Positions 8,094-18,448 are shown, counted from the first letter of the stretch. The stretch: 30,638 nt of DNA from a virus (IMGVR_UViG_3300017903_002428:1-30638), one strand, 5' to 3'. Translations and numbers: made by a program. The notes: generated by a model not told the origin, from the letters alone.

Positions 8094-8505
8094 CGAGGGC
8101 CACCAACTGCCAGTGCGGCCCATCTTTGAATGACTGCCAGTCCCCGCCCCACTCGAGGCGATGACCTGCACCCACCTTGCCCTGCTCCTGCAGACGCGCC
8201 CACACAGCTTTGATGTGGGCAGCAAGGGGATGGTAATAGTCCCAGTCCCACGAGATACCGCCCACATAGGGTGCTGCATCCACAGCCATGCTGGGGAACC
8301 GATTGTGGTAGCTGTTGGGCCATGACAGCTGTGAGGCACCGGATGCCTTCAGCTCATTCTGCTTGGCCTCATCCCGGTACCCCTCGAGGATGCTGATGTC
8401 AGACGGGCAGGCAGGGTCTGCCAAGGCCTCAGTCATCAACAGGATGAGGTCAGGATGACAGGACTGCAGGCGCTGCAGGCTTCTCGAGGAGTATGCCCAG
8501 CTCAT
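8086..8505 (-). CDS. Endolysin, peptidase M15 (L-Ala-D-Glu peptidase type)
   Basis: HPDL, EGYR...Q, S.H......AVD zinc motif and WGGDW..FKDGPHWQL. Start at MSWAYS (ATGA overlap). Confidence 0.92.
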   Translation of the reverse strand: MSWAYSSRSLQRLQSCHPDLILLMTEALADPACPSDISILEGYRDEAKQNELKASGASQLSWPNSYHNRFPSMAVDAAPYVGGISWDWDYYHPLAAHIKAVWARLQEQGKVGAGHRLEWGGDWQSFKDGPHWQLVALDG

Positions 8506-8759
8506 TTGGTCACCTTGCTCACAGGCTTCTTGCTCCACATCTTGCAGCTCCAGTACCGCGCCTTGTTTGGCGGCCCGGGCTCGCTGCAGTTGTGGCGGTC
8601 CCTGAAGGCCTTGCGCTTCTTGGGGTTGTCTCGCTTGATTTCCATGTCAGGGTCACCGAAGCGCACAGTGTACTTCTTGCCCTCGTAGGTGCCCTGCACC
8701 ACAAACTTCTTGCGCCCATATCCGGGCTCACCCTTCTTGATGCGACGTGGGCCGGCCAT
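8502..8759 (-). CDS. Small basic conserved phage protein (85 aa)
   Basis: VRFGDP.MEIKRD.P..RK.FR.RHNC...KARYWSCKMW motif, recalled from other phage genomes; function unknown. Confidence 0.75.
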   Translation of the reverse strand: MAGPRRIKKGEPGYGRKKFVVQGTYEGKKYTVRFGDPDMEIKRDNPKKRKAFRDRHNCSEPGPPNKARYWSCKMWSKKPVSKVTK

Positions 8760-9049
8760 CAGCTTGCATCCTTCAGGGACTCAATGCGAGCGTACAGCCC
8801 ACCCACTTTGCGCTCAATCCTGTCTTGCTGCTCTTTGGTCTGTGTCATGGTCTGCAACCATGCCTCGCGGTCCTTGGCATGCTCATCAAGCATCCGGTCA
8901 ACGCTTGCCAGATGTCGCTCCACATAGGCCTTGGTAGCTGGCACAATGGTGTGGACAAAGAACCGATACAGCCCCAGCCCCATACCAAGCAGCAGGATGA
9001 GGCTGGAGGTGGGGCCTGTGGCAAGGGTCAGCAGGGTGTTGTCATCCAT
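8759..9049 (-). CDS. Membrane protein with coiled-coil tail, holin candidate
   Basis: One N-terminal TM segment (LILLLGMGLGLYRFFV); located near the endolysin. Confidence 0.5.
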   Translation of the reverse strand: MDDNTLLTLATGPTSSLILLLGMGLGLYRFFVHTIVPATKAYVERHLASVDRMLDEHAKDREAWLQTMTQTKEQQDRIERKVGGLYARIESLKDAS

Positions 9050-9052
9050 TGC

Positions 9053-9283
9053 TCAGCCTGGTTCAGTGGTGCGCAAGGCATCGAGGACAGCCCGCGCAAT
9101 GATGCGGGAGTCAGTGGCATTGGGGCTGTACTGGTTGCCGGGGTCATACGATGCCAACCAGTCTGCCCGGTCTGAGTCAGGCAGCAGCACAGGGATGATG
9201 GTGACCGGCTGCACCTCCTCGAGCTGCTCCACAGTCACAATGGCTCGGATGACATCACCATCATTGATATACACAGTGGGCAT
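9053..9283 (-). CDS. Hypothetical protein (76 aa)
   Basis: Tiles the operon; GGAG SD. Confidence 0.65.
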   Translation of the reverse strand: MPTVYINDGDVIRAIVTVEQLEEVQPVTIIPVLLPDSDRADWLASYDPGNQYSPNATDSRIIARAVLDALRTTEPG

Positions 9284-9285
9284 GC

Positions 9286-10359
9286 TCAGGACTCCAGAAG
9301 GTCAGTGAAACGCATCACGGCGTAGTGCAGCTGAAAGGGTGTGCTGGTAGTGCCTGCAACCATGGTGTGGGTATTGTTCAAGATGCCCGCACCAAGGTAC
9401 ACATAAAGGTTGGCACTGCTGGTCTGTGTGTTCTGGTTGGCTGTGCGCGTGTTGTTCTCGAGCACTGCCCCGGTATCATGGCGCTGAGCAAAGAAGGTGG
9501 CAGTGCCCACCTCCTGCTTGCCCTTGGCGGCCCATCCGAACACGCTGTCTGTGTTTGCGTTGCTGTACAGCAGGTCATTGGCAAGGCTGAAGGCGCCCAC
9601 CTGGTATGTGGTGGCACCGTTGCTCTGTGCATGCACGATACCAAGGCCTCTCTGCGTGGAGACTGCACTTGCTGTGGGGTCGACAATCGTGCCCCACACA
9701 TTGATCTGCGGGTACCCACTCGATGGGTGGGTAGGCTCGGGCAGCACAATGCGCAGGGCAGTCACGCTGGCATCTTGCGCATCCACCTGCACCCCGGATG
9801 CCTTGGCCAACTTGTACCACCTCGGACCCGTAAAGTTGGTGCCCCCTCCGGGATTGTAGTCGGCCGACCCGCTAAACGCATTCCATGTGATGGTGTGGAA
9901 TCCATCAGCATCGATCGTGATGGTGTCCACAAGGCCATCAGGGTCTTCCAAGGTCCATGTGCCATCTGTGAGGTCCACCTGCTCAGTGGTGATGGCAGAC
10001 AGGCCCGTGCTGACCATACGCTCAGTAAAGCTGATGGAGGTGGTGAGTCCATCCTTGGTGGCACCCACTCGCACCTGCACCGCGTCCCCACCACTCGCAC
10101 CGCTTGGAGCAGTCCAGCTGGGAGATGTGGTGGTGCTGTCGGTCACAGTGACTGCGCTGCCATCGCTGGCGAGCTCCACAGTAGTGCTGAGCGTAGCCCC
10201 GTCCGGGTTGCTGATGGCGAGCGACCGCGCACCGGCAGTGACTGTGTAGGCCTCGCCGTCCGTGCGACCGGTGACAGTCAGGCCCGGGGGAGTGCTGCCA
10301 CCCGGAGCCGCGCCGCCACTGGCACCCGTGGTGGGGTCAAAGCATGGGGTGATGGCCAT
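9286..10359 (-). CDS. Putative virion fibre / receptor-binding protein
   Basis: Gly/Ser/Thr-rich, beta-rich sequence with an Ig/PKD-like PSWTAP segment and a lectin-like C-terminal half. Function is inferred. Confidence 0.5.
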   Translation of the reverse strand: MAITPCFDPTTGASGGAAPGGSTPPGLTVTGRTDGEAYTVTAGARSLAISNPDGATLSTTVELASDGSAVTVTDSTTTSPSWTAPSGASGGDAVQVRVGATKDGLTTSISFTERMVSTGLSAITTEQVDLTDGTWTLEDPDGLVDTITIDADGFHTITWNAFSGSADYNPGGGTNFTGPRWYKLAKASGVQVDAQDASVTALRIVLPEPTHPSSGYPQINVWGTIVDPTASAVSTQRGLGIVHAQSNGATTYQVGAFSLANDLLYSNANTDSVFGWAAKGKQEVGTATFFAQRHDTGAVLENNTRTANQNTQTSSANLYVYLGAGILNNTHTMVAGTTSTPFQLHYAVMRFTDLLES

Positions 10360-10362
10360 GGC

Positions 10363-10800
10363 TCACTCCTGCCAGAAGCATTCAGAACCCGTGAAGACAG
10401 GGTTGCTGGTTGCGTTGTCGACCTTGACAAACAGGTACAGGGTGCCATTCCCTGGTCCTGCAAGGTCTTGCCACAGGGGCATGTCCACCTTGAACATGGC
10501 ACACTTGGTGCTTGCAGTGGTGATGCCTGCCACAAGGTCTGCCTCAGTATCGGGCACCAGTACAATGTCACCGGCTGCATCTTCGCACAGTCGGATGGTG
10601 ACCTTGGTGGCACTGGTTGCACTGGTGAGCACAACCTGCAGCCCATTCACAATGCCTCGAAAGTTGACAGCCCGCATGCTGTCAGGCAGGTCAGCAAGCA
10701 GGTCATGGGCATGCACAGCAGTCAGGCTGAAAGCTGTGCCGACTGCTTCAGTACCCGTGACCGGGTTGTGGTGCAGAAAGTGGGTAATCTTGGTGGCCAT
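10363..10800 (-). CDS. Hypothetical beta-rich (probably structural) protein
   Basis: Strong GAGGAGG SD; tiles the operon. Confidence 0.65.
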   Translation of the reverse strand: MATKITHFLHHNPVTGTEAVGTAFSLTAVHAHDLLADLPDSMRAVNFRGIVNGLQVVLTSATSATKVTIRLCEDAAGDIVLVPDTEADLVAGITTASTKCAMFKVDMPLWQDLAGPGNGTLYLFVKVDNATSNPVFTGSECFWQE

Positions 10801-10836
10801 GCGTCTCTCCTCCTCATGGACTGACTACGCGCCCAC

Positions 10837-10845
10837 AGTCTATCA
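10837..10845 (-). promoter_or_regulatory. Candidate extended -10 promoter (TGaTAGACT)
   Basis: TGnTAnnnT in the short intergenic gap upstream of 10800; no convincing -35. Confidence 0.35.
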
Positions 10846-13800
10846 CTCCGCTGTCCCCATGACCTCAGCAATCTGACGCAGTTGCTCCCTTCTCACAGCC
10901 TCAGGGTCTGCCCTGCCTCGCTCGAGGGCAGCGCCTGCCACAGCCTGCCCGGCTGTCTTGGGCAGCAGGTCACCTGCATAGATGCGCTCGGGCTCCCTGC
11001 CCTCCTTGAGCTCGAGGCCTGCAGTGCCTCCCACAAGTGCCTTCTCGATCACCTCAGGGGTCAGGCCCCTCATGTACTTGAGCGTGGCAAGCCCATCCTC
11101 AGACGGCTTGAACACCTTGTAGAGGGGCAGCCCTCTCTCATCCCTGCCCCACAGCAGGTGCGGCATATCTTTGGGCGCCCGAGTCCAATACTGGGGAAGG
11201 GTAGGGTGAGCCAGCCCCTCAGGTGGTGGCTCATCTTCTGGCTTGAATACCCGCTCGAACCAGTCCCATGCACCGTGCTGCCTGCCCAAGTCTGTGCTGT
11301 GGGCATACAGCGCAGCAGCCCAGAACATCTGCTCATCACTCACAGGGGCAGCACCCTCGATGCCTTGCGTCTGATACTCAGACCCTGTGGCACGCGCCTC
11401 GAGGGCATCCTTGGCCCGCAGAACACCGGGCAGGGCTGCATCTGTCAGGGCTCGAGTCAGGGTCTCAGTGCCCTCCACCACCTGGTGGACAGTATCCCCT
11501 GCCTGCTGCGCACCACTGATGATGCGCTTGAGGTCAAGGTACAGCTGGTCTGCCTGCCTGCCCATGGTGAGGGCTGTTTCTGCAGGAGCAAAGACAGGCA
11601 CCTCAGGCCCAAAGTAGACCCCATCGCCTGCAGTCACAATGCCCAAGGTCTTGAGCGCCTTGTCTCCATGCAGGTTGTGCGGGTCTTGCGCTCGAGCCTT
11701 CTGAATCTGTGCCTTGAGCAGCATGCGAGCCTTGGCAGGGTTGGCCATGATGGCACGGGCAAGCTCTGTGTACAGCTTGGTGTTGCCGGCTGCTGTCGCA
11801 TAGACCTGCCCCAGCACATTGCGGATTGCTCCGGGTACCTCGGAATAGTCAAACAGTGCGCGGCGGGCATACGCTGCAGCAGCTTCCGGGGTGGCACCCT
11901 TCAGCAGCTGTGCCTCAAAGGCTGCCTGCCTCATGCTGTGCTCAATGGCTTCAGCCGTCCGGGTGTAGAAGCTCTTGTCAAGGGGGCTGAGCTCTCGCTT
12001 GACCACACCCTCAAGCGGTCCCTCTGCTGCCCGTCGAGCATCCCTGAGGATGTCATTGGCAATGCTGCCCACCCGTTCTGACTCCACTGTGGAGTACCCC
12101 AGCCCCAGCTCCTCACCCAAGTCCTTGAGCTGCTTGCCGGTGTAGTACACCCCATCATTGGTGGTCAGTCCCCCACCGTAGATGCGCCGCCTGAGCAGAC
12201 GTTCTGTGATGTCACCGGACTCCTTGAGTCCCACAGTGAGCAGGGGTGTGAGGGCTTGCCGGAACAGGGCAGCAGGGAACCCAATGACATTGGGGAGCAC
12301 ATAGCCATAGGTGGCATTGTTGATGATGTTGCGCTGCCCGGTGCCAAAGAGAAACTGCGCTACCTCACCCAGCACCGTCTGCAGCGCACCACGGGCACGG
12401 GGGCTGATGCCCTCGATGAACTCGGCAAACTCCTCCCCATTCTCTGCAAGCACTCGCTCAGCATGCGACTGCCGCACATCATAGACCCGCTGCCTTGGGA
12501 TGTTGCCCCTGCGCAGCCTTGGCACCTCTCGAGGGTCTGCCTCCATCAGCGCAGTCAGTACCCGTTCAGACCCTGCAGGCCTTTCAGCTGCTGCGCGTGT
12601 CACTGCCTCCACTGCGCTGCCCACCTGCTCAGTGTACCGGCCCTTGGCTGCCAGCGCCTTCTTTGTCCCCTCATCGACGGCCACCTTCAGCAGTGCCTTC
12701 TGGTAGTCCGGGGCAAGCCATGAGGTGAAGCGAGAGGTACCCCGCGCACCTGCAAGACCGGGCACATTGGCCTTCATCAATGCCTGGTCGACTGCCCGCA
12801 GGGAGTCCACTGTGGGCATGAACATCGGTGACAGGCCTGTGGTGGGTATGAGTCCCCTGTCTTTGGCAAGCTCCAGAAGCCTGACGCCTCGCTCCTCATC
12901 GCCATACACCACACCCATGACCTTGCCCCATGCCTCCTGTGTGTCCAGTGGCTTGGGTGCCTTGGCAAGCTCCTCCACAAGGATGCTGTCCACTGCCTCA
13001 TCTGCGTTGCCCAGTGCGCGTGCCTTGGCTGTCATGCGCTGCCCGATACGGCGCAGCTCCGTCTGTGCTGCTGCCCGGATGTTGGCACGGGCTCGGGCTA
13101 CCGCTGCAGTCTCCTCCTCGAGGCCGATACCGCGCCCCAGCACAGCCTTGACCCTACGGGCAGTGGGTGTCTGCAGCGCCCGGCTCTTTGTCAGCAGCTC
13201 GATGCCACGGGTCTGCCCCTCGAGGAAAGTCTGCGCTGCAGTCAGGTCACGAGCAAGCCTTGCCTGCTTGGGTGCCTGTGTGATGGCATGCGAGTCCTCA
13301 AGCAGGGTGGTGGCCTCCCTGCGCAGGCTCGCAGGCATGTCCGCCCATGAGTCATACCGGCGCACCTCATTGCGCACAGCATCCGGCAGACGGTCTGCCA
13401 CATCCTTGGGGCTGCCCCCAAAGACCTGCCTGCGAAACTGCCCAAGGGATGCCCGCATGGTGGGCTCGAGGGCTCGAGGCACACCCACATTGCTCGTCAC
13501 CATGACCACATCATCAGGCACATTGAGGGTGAGCTGCCTGCCAAAGTAGGCAGTGTTTTCCTTCAGGATGGGCGCCACATCCCGCACAATCTGGGCAGGG
13601 GTGTCACTGGTGGTCTTGATGGCCTTGATGGCAGCGTCTGCTGTGGCCTCATCGAGCGCCCCAGATTTCAGCACATTTTCAGCCACCTTTCTGGCTACCC
13701 GTCCGTCTGATGCCCTGCCCACAGTCACTGCTGCTGCAACGTCTGCCACGGGGTTGGCCACACCCAGTGCTGCTGCCTGTGCTGCCTTGGTGAGCCTGCC

Positions 13801-15192
13801 CTGAGGCTTTGCCTGCTGCACTGCATTGGTGGCCCGCACAAAGGCCTTGCCTGCTTCTGCTGCTGCCTTGTCGACCTTGGCCAACTTTGCCAGCCCCTTG
13901 GCTCCCTTGGCAGCGGTACCTGGACCTGCAGGAATGGCGATTTCAGACAGGCTGCCCGCATAGTAGGCTGCATCCGGGTCACCCCAGACCGTTGCATACC
14001 AGTCCCGTACAGCAGGGGCGTCCAGAAACTCATCGCCCATGGTGCGCCCTGCTGTCACGTTGCGAGCAATGCGCACCTGTTCAGCAGCCTTCCACCCCTC
14101 AAAGTCCTCGAGCGGGTTGGGCACCTCCACCACTGCCACAGTGCGCCGTCCCTCAGGGTCAAAGGTGGTGAGCTTCCGAGTCTGTGAGGTGGTGGCCACT
14201 CCGGGTGTGGGCACTGCAAGCTGTGGGATGGACCGCACAAAGTCCTCGAGCTTCTGCCCTGCCTCCTCATCGAGCATGCCCACAGCCTTGCGCAGGGGGG
14301 CTGTGGGAAGCTGCAGGGGATACACCACATCCGGGATGCCAAGGGTGCGCCGCGCCTGCGCAATGGCAAGCCCAAAGTCATCAGGGTCGACCGGTACGCC
14401 ATTGGCATCCACCTCGTACCCCAAGCCCCGGAAATAGCCCTCTGCAGCAAGGGCAGACACCCATCCCATGGTGCTGCGCAGGGCTGCACCCAGCTCCGTC
14501 TCCACCACACCCTTGGCCTCATCTGCCCGAGTCAGGATGCCGGACAACACAGGCCCTGCAAACTCGAGGGCGCTGACCTCTTCGCCTTCTGCGACGCGCC
14601 GGTCAATGTCTGCCTGCTCCGCTGCAATGCGCTCACCAATGGCACGGGCAGACTCAGCCCCCAGCAGTGGCTGCAGGGCAAAGGCCTCAATGGTCTCCTC
14701 CTCCGGGGTGGGTGGGCGCACCTCACCCTCAGGGGTGACAATCCGGCGCTCAGTCAGAAACTCACCGGAGGGCAGTACGGCAGGTATCTCCTCCTCGATG
14801 ATGCGGGTGGGGCGAAAGAAGGGCGCAGCCTCAGGGTCTACAGGTCTGGGCTCAGGGACACCAGGCTGCACAATCTGGGTGGCTTGCCGTACCTGCTGTT
14901 CGGTCTCTCGCTCGAGGAGTCGGGCACGCTCAGGGCTGCGCTCACCCTCAGGGATATACGCCTGCCTTGCCTCCATCTGCTGCTGTGCTGCTGTCCTTGC
15001 TGCCTCCTCCCGTGCTGCTGCGAGCTCCTGCGCAGGAGGGATGACAGGCGGTGGGATGACAGGAGGGGCTGCAGGTGTGGCAGGGATGCGCGGCGCAGGG
15101 ATGACTCCCTGCTGTTGGAGAATCCTGACCACCTCCTCCTGTGGGAGGTCATCGGGAAACTCATAGACGGTATCGCCTACCTCGTAGTCCAT
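10843..15192 (-). CDS. Large Ala-rich protein (1449 aa), probable internal virion/DNA ejection protein
   Basis: Start moved to MDYEVGDTVYEFPDD. Its size, helical composition and position as the last of three small-medium-large genes after the tail genes match podovirus ejection proteins. Confidence 0.6.
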   Translation of the reverse strand: MDYEVGDTVYEFPDDLPQEEVVRILQQQGVIPAPRIPATPAAPPVIPPPVIPPAQELAAAREEAARTAAQQQMEARQAYIPEGERSPERARLLERETEQQVRQATQIVQPGVPEPRPVDPEAAPFFRPTRIIEEEIPAVLPSGEFLTERRIVTPEGEVRPPTPEEETIEAFALQPLLGAESARAIGERIAAEQADIDRRVAEGEEVSALEFAGPVLSGILTRADEAKGVVETELGAALRSTMGWVSALAAEGYFRGLGYEVDANGVPVDPDDFGLAIAQARRTLGIPDVVYPLQLPTAPLRKAVGMLDEEAGQKLEDFVRSIPQLAVPTPGVATTSQTRKLTTFDPEGRRTVAVVEVPNPLEDFEGWKAAEQVRIARNVTAGRTMGDEFLDAPAVRDWYATVWGDPDAAYYAGSLSEIAIPAGPGTAAKGAKGLAKLAKVDKAAAEAGKAFVRATNAVQQAKPQGRLTKAAQAAALGVANPVADVAAAVTVGRASDGRVARKVAENVLKSGALDEATADAAIKAIKTTSDTPAQIVRDVAPILKENTAYFGRQLTLNVPDDVVMVTSNVGVPRALEPTMRASLGQFRRQVFGGSPKDVADRLPDAVRNEVRRYDSWADMPASLRREATTLLEDSHAITQAPKQARLARDLTAAQTFLEGQTRGIELLTKSRALQTPTARRVKAVLGRGIGLEEETAAVARARANIRAAAQTELRRIGQRMTAKARALGNADEAVDSILVEELAKAPKPLDTQEAWGKVMGVVYGDEERGVRLLELAKDRGLIPTTGLSPMFMPTVDSLRAVDQALMKANVPGLAGARGTSRFTSWLAPDYQKALLKVAVDEGTKKALAAKGRYTEQVGSAVEAVTRAAAERPAGSERVLTALMEADPREVPRLRRGNIPRQRVYDVRQSHAERVLAENGEEFAEFIEGISPRARGALQTVLGEVAQFLFGTGQRNIINNATYGYVLPNVIGFPAALFRQALTPLLTVGLKESGDITERLLRRRIYGGGLTTNDGVYYTGKQLKDLGEELGLGYSTVESERVGSIANDILRDARRAAEGPLEGVVKRELSPLDKSFYTRTAEAIEHSMRQAAFEAQLLKGATPEAAAAYARRALFDYSEVPGAIRNVLGQVYATAAGNTKLYTELARAIMANPAKARMLLKAQIQKARAQDPHNLHGDKALKTLGIVTAGDGVYFGPEVPVFAPAETALTMGRQADQLYLDLKRIISGAQQAGDTVHQVVEGTETLTRALTDAALPGVLRAKDALEARATGSEYQTQGIEGAAPVSDEQMFWAAALYAHSTDLGRQHGAWDWFERVFKPEDEPPPEGLAHPTLPQYWTRAPKDMPHLLWGRDERGLPLYKVFKPSEDGLATLKYMRGLTPEVIEKALVGGTAGLELKEGREPERIYAGDLLPKTAGQAVAGAALERGRADPEAVRREQLRQIAEVMGTAE

Positions 15193-15196
15193 GGCA

Positions 15197-17056
15197 TCAC
15201 TCGAAAGACTGGGTGGCTGGATTCCACTTGAGACGCTTTGGCGCAGGCTCGGGCGCAGGCTCGGGCGCAGGCTCAGCCTCACCGGCTGGGGCTGCTGTGA
15301 TGACGGTTTCCGGCAAGGTGGTCACCTGCCGCGCAGGCTCGGGCGCAGGAGGAGGGGCTGGGGGCAGGGGCTGCCCGCCTGCAAGCACCTGCTCAATGCT
15401 GCTGAATGCCCGGCTGCCCGGTGCAGCGAGGGTGGGCTGCTTGCCCTTCTCATACACCACATAGCCCCGGTCAGTCTGCCGATACAGGAAGTTGGGGTCT
15501 GTGGGGTCTGCCACAATCTCACTGACTCGGGCAGGCGCAGGGGCAGGCGCAGGGGCTGCAGGCTCGGGCTCATCGAGGTCAATGGGTCGGAACCGTTGGG
15601 CTACCGCTTCCTCTCGGGTCTCAGGCTTCTGCAGACGCTTCACAAAGAGGGCCTGCTGGTCAAGCTCCTGCTCCAAGTCTGCAGTGATTTCCGCATCTGC
15701 CTGCGCAGCCTGCTCCTGTGCCTTGGCTGCCCGTTCCTTGGCTGCCTTCTGCAGCTCACGCTGAGCAGGGGCCTGCAGGCCTTGGCTGTCGTATTCCTTG
15801 ACAGCAAGGGCAAAGGCAAGCCCCTCCTGCAGCTCCTCACCCTCAAGCACCTTGCCCAGTTGCCGTTCCACCTTCTTGAGGTCATACGGTCTGCCCGTGG
15901 CATCGAGCTGACGGATGAGGTCACGCGCAAGCCGTTGGGGCTTGCCTACAGCCTCAAGCTCTACGTCTGCGCTGATGATGTCATTGAGGATGTCATCTGC
16001 CCGCACCATGGCCTTGTAGTAGGGGCTTTTCTGGTACTGCAGAAACCGTCCTTGGTTCAGGTCAGGGTCATACCCTCGAGCAATCAACTCACGTTTGACC
16101 CGCTCAGTACCTGGGTCTTTGTACTGAGCGCCCGGTGCTTCTGCCCGTGCCTGCTGAAGCTGTGCCACCCGCTGCCTTGACTGCAGCACCTCAGGCTCAA
16201 AGTTGACCCTCTGGTCATTGCGGTATGCCTTCTTCGCCTTGGCCTCATCGTACATGGCCTTGGCAAAGTTGTAATCCTCCTCGCTTGCAAAGTCCTCCAC
16301 AGCAAGGACACCATCCTGCAAGGCACCAAGGGCAGCCTCAAGGGCATCCTGTTCCGTGCTGAAGCTCACACCCTCGGGCGCTGCAGTCTGCTCCCTGCGC
16401 TCCACAATGGCCTGTCCATCGTAGCCACCCCGGATGCCTGCAGGCCCTGCGAAAAATGCAGCCTCGAGCTGCTGCTGCAGTGCACGCTCAGCTGCCTGCT
16501 CCTCAGGGCTGACCGCTCGAGGTGCGCCACTGGGTGCCCTGCCCCGTGCCACTGCCTCAAGCTGCTGCCGCACCTGCTGAATCTCTGCTTCCTCGAGTCC
16601 ACCCCGCTCGAGGATGCGCACAAGTTGGGCGCCCTGCTCCGGGGTGGTGTCTGCAGTGATGGACTCGAGCGCAGTGCGCAGGGCTGTCTCAGGTTGTCTG
16701 CCTGCGCCTACAGTCAAGCGGGTGAGCTCCTGCACCTGCTCCCTTGGAAGCTGCAGGCCTTCTGCCCGTGCTACGCGCCCTGCTGCCACTCGTCGACGGG
16801 CAGCATCCTCACCGGCATACTGCTGCTGCAGCAAGGCCTGAGCACTGCCCAAGTCCTGAGGCCTGACCCGAAAGACCTCCTGCAGGTTGGTGAGGTTCTG
16901 CCGCTCGGACTGGATGAGGCTGTCGAGATAGTTGAGCCTGTCCTGCTCCGCTTGGATGTCGCGGGTGATGTCCTGATACCGCTGATAGCTGGCAACAGTC
17001 CGCGCGTATTGCTCGAGGTAGGTAGGCCGTCGACCGGCAAAGGATGTGGTGGGCAT
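15197..17056 (-). CDS. Helical Ala/Gln/Glu-rich protein, probable internal virion protein
   Basis: Start at MPTTSF after GAGGT SD; coiled coils; Pro-Ala-Glu-rich C-terminus. Confidence 0.55.
   Translation of the reverse strand: MPTTSFAGRRPTYLEQYARTVASYQRYQDITRDIQAEQDRLNYLDSLIQSERQNLTNLQEVFRVRPQDLGSAQALLQQQYAGEDAARRRVAAGRVARAEGLQLPREQVQELTRLTVGAGRQPETALRTALESITADTTPEQGAQLVRILERGGLEEAEIQQVRQQLEAVARGRAPSGAPRAVSPEEQAAERALQQQLEAAFFAGPAGIRGGYDGQAIVERREQTAAPEGVSFSTEQDALEAALGALQDGVLAVEDFASEEDYNFAKAMYDEAKAKKAYRNDQRVNFEPEVLQSRQRVAQLQQARAEAPGAQYKDPGTERVKRELIARGYDPDLNQGRFLQYQKSPYYKAMVRADDILNDIISADVELEAVGKPQRLARDLIRQLDATGRPYDLKKVERQLGKVLEGEELQEGLAFALAVKEYDSQGLQAPAQRELQKAAKERAAKAQEQAAQADAEITADLEQELDQQALFVKRLQKPETREEAVAQRFRPIDLDEPEPAAPAPAPAPARVSEIVADPTDPNFLYRQTDRGYVVYEKGKQPTLAAPGSRAFSSIEQVLAGGQPLPPAPPPAPEPARQVTTLPETVITAAPAGEAEPAPEPAPEPAPKRLKWNPATQSFE
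15240..15274. repeat. 12-bp tandem repeat (GGCGCAGGCTCG, about 3 copies) encoding EPAP linker
   Basis: Directly visible; a further partial copy lies at 15331-15349. Confidence 0.85.
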
Positions 17057-17063
17057 GGTTACC

Positions 17064-17714
17064 TCAGACGAGTCCGCCAAAGGAGCGGTCTGTAGTGGGA
17101 GCAGGGTACATGTTCAGCAGGTCAGCATCTGACAGCTTGGGCACTTGTGCCTCTGCAAGTTTGGCCTGGTGTGCCATCTGCAGACCTTGCATGCCCACCT
17201 GTGCTGCCCCACCCAACCCAAGGCTCACGATGGCAGCATTGGCAGCCTTGAGCGCCTGTTCTGCCCCAAGCTGCTGCTGCTCAAGGGCCTGAATCCGTGC
17301 ACGCTCCTCCTCGGCTGCTGCCCGGTCTGCCTCGAGGATGGCAGCCTGCTGCTGTTGCTGGATGCCCCGGAGGGTCTGCTGCTCAGCCTGCTCAGCAAGG
17401 AAGATGTCGCGTCCACTGACAGCCCTGCCCCCTGCCTGCTGTGCTGCCTGCTGGGTGAGCTGCATGGCCTCGAGCTCTCGGGTGACTCCTTGCTGTGAGG
17501 CAAGGAAGCGCCGGCGCAGTGCTGCCTCCTCGCGCCCTGTCAGCCCCAGCTCACCGGCACGCTGCCTGCGCTGTAGCCGTGCAAGCTCAGCCCGTTGTGA
17601 GGATGTCAGCTCTGCAGCCTTGGCAGCCCTGCGCTGCCCAATGCCTTGCGCGACCCCTCCGGCTGCTTGCATTGCTCCCAGTGCGATGAGTCCCGCACCA
17701 ATTCCGATGGCCAT
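17064..17714 (-). CDS. Probable small internal virion (ejection) protein
   Basis: Hydrophobic Gly/Ala N-terminus, Gln-rich coiled coil and a second Gly-rich hydrophobic stretch, as in T7 gp14/P22 gp7-type proteins. Confidence 0.6.
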   Translation of the reverse strand: MAIGIGAGLIALGAMQAAGGVAQGIGQRRAAKAAELTSSQRAELARLQRRQRAGELGLTGREEAALRRRFLASQQGVTRELEAMQLTQQAAQQAGGRAVSGRDIFLAEQAEQQTLRGIQQQQQAAILEADRAAAEEERARIQALEQQQLGAEQALKAANAAIVSLGLGGAAQVGMQGLQMAHQAKLAEAQVPKLSDADLLNMYPAPTTDRSFGGLV

Positions 17715-17722
17715 AGGTCACC

Positions 17723-18448
17723 TCAGAGGTAGAAAGTCTCGATTGATACGCCCCAGTTGACCACAGCCACCCGGTCAATCTGAGAGTGTGCGGCAAGGCC
17801 AAAGGTGGTGATGCCGTTGGGTGCCTCATACATGAAAGTGCCGTCCCTGCTCTGATAGGCGCCTTGGATGGTGTAGGGACGCAGGGCGCTCACCACTGAA
17901 CCATCCCAGCCGTTGGTGTCAGTGTTGATGTTGATGTTGTTTGCTGCCTCTTGGGCATGCATCCGGTACTGACTGTAGGCTGTATCCGGGGTGCCCACAT
18001 AGGGCGCTATCCAGACCTTGCGCTCAGCCTTGGTGCTGTTCTGCCCTGCGCCTGTGCTCTCATCTGGCCCTGCCTCCACCTCCCACCAATAGTGGAACAG
18101 CATGGTGCAGGCCCTGCGAGCATCCACAGTGATGGCTGTTTGTGGGATGGGGTGGAACGCATTGGAGCTCGTCCGCCCACCTCCTGACAGGTATTTTGTG
18201 CAGAAGGTCAGGCGCACCAGTCCGCTATCGCTGCCCCCTTGGTGTCCGCTGACACCGTGCTGCACTTGGCTGAAGGGCTCATAGACTGGGGGCTGGATGT
18301 GCCGGGTATCAATCCACTGCACATTCTCGATGTCACCCGCAATGATGCCCCCATGAAGATACACCCGCAGGGCCTGATAGTTGCCCTCGAGGTCTGCACT
18401 GGTGACCGTGGTGCCATCCACAAAGGTATTGGGCGGGCTGAAGCTCAT
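17723..18448 (-). CDS. Putative tail-associated structural protein
   Basis: N-terminal PNTFVDGTTVTSADLEGNY..L fibre-anchor-like motif; ATGA coupling. Confidence 0.55.
   Translation of the reverse strand: MSFSPPNTFVDGTTVTSADLEGNYQALRVYLHGGIIAGDIENVQWIDTRHIQPPVYEPFSQVQHGVSGHQGGSDSGLVRLTFCTKYLSGGGRTSSNAFHPIPQTAITVDARRACTMLFHYWWEVEAGPDESTGAGQNSTKAERKVWIAPYVGTPDTAYSQYRMHAQEAANNININTDTNGWDGSVVSALRPYTIQGAYQSRDGTFMYEAPNGITTFGLAAHSQIDRVAVVNWGVSIETFYL

Noticed and set aside
9325-16180. Long antisense ORFs (499, 399, 274, 329 aa and others)
   Set aside because: Genome-wide TA scarcity removes antisense stops. The products have shadow-frame composition and no motifs.
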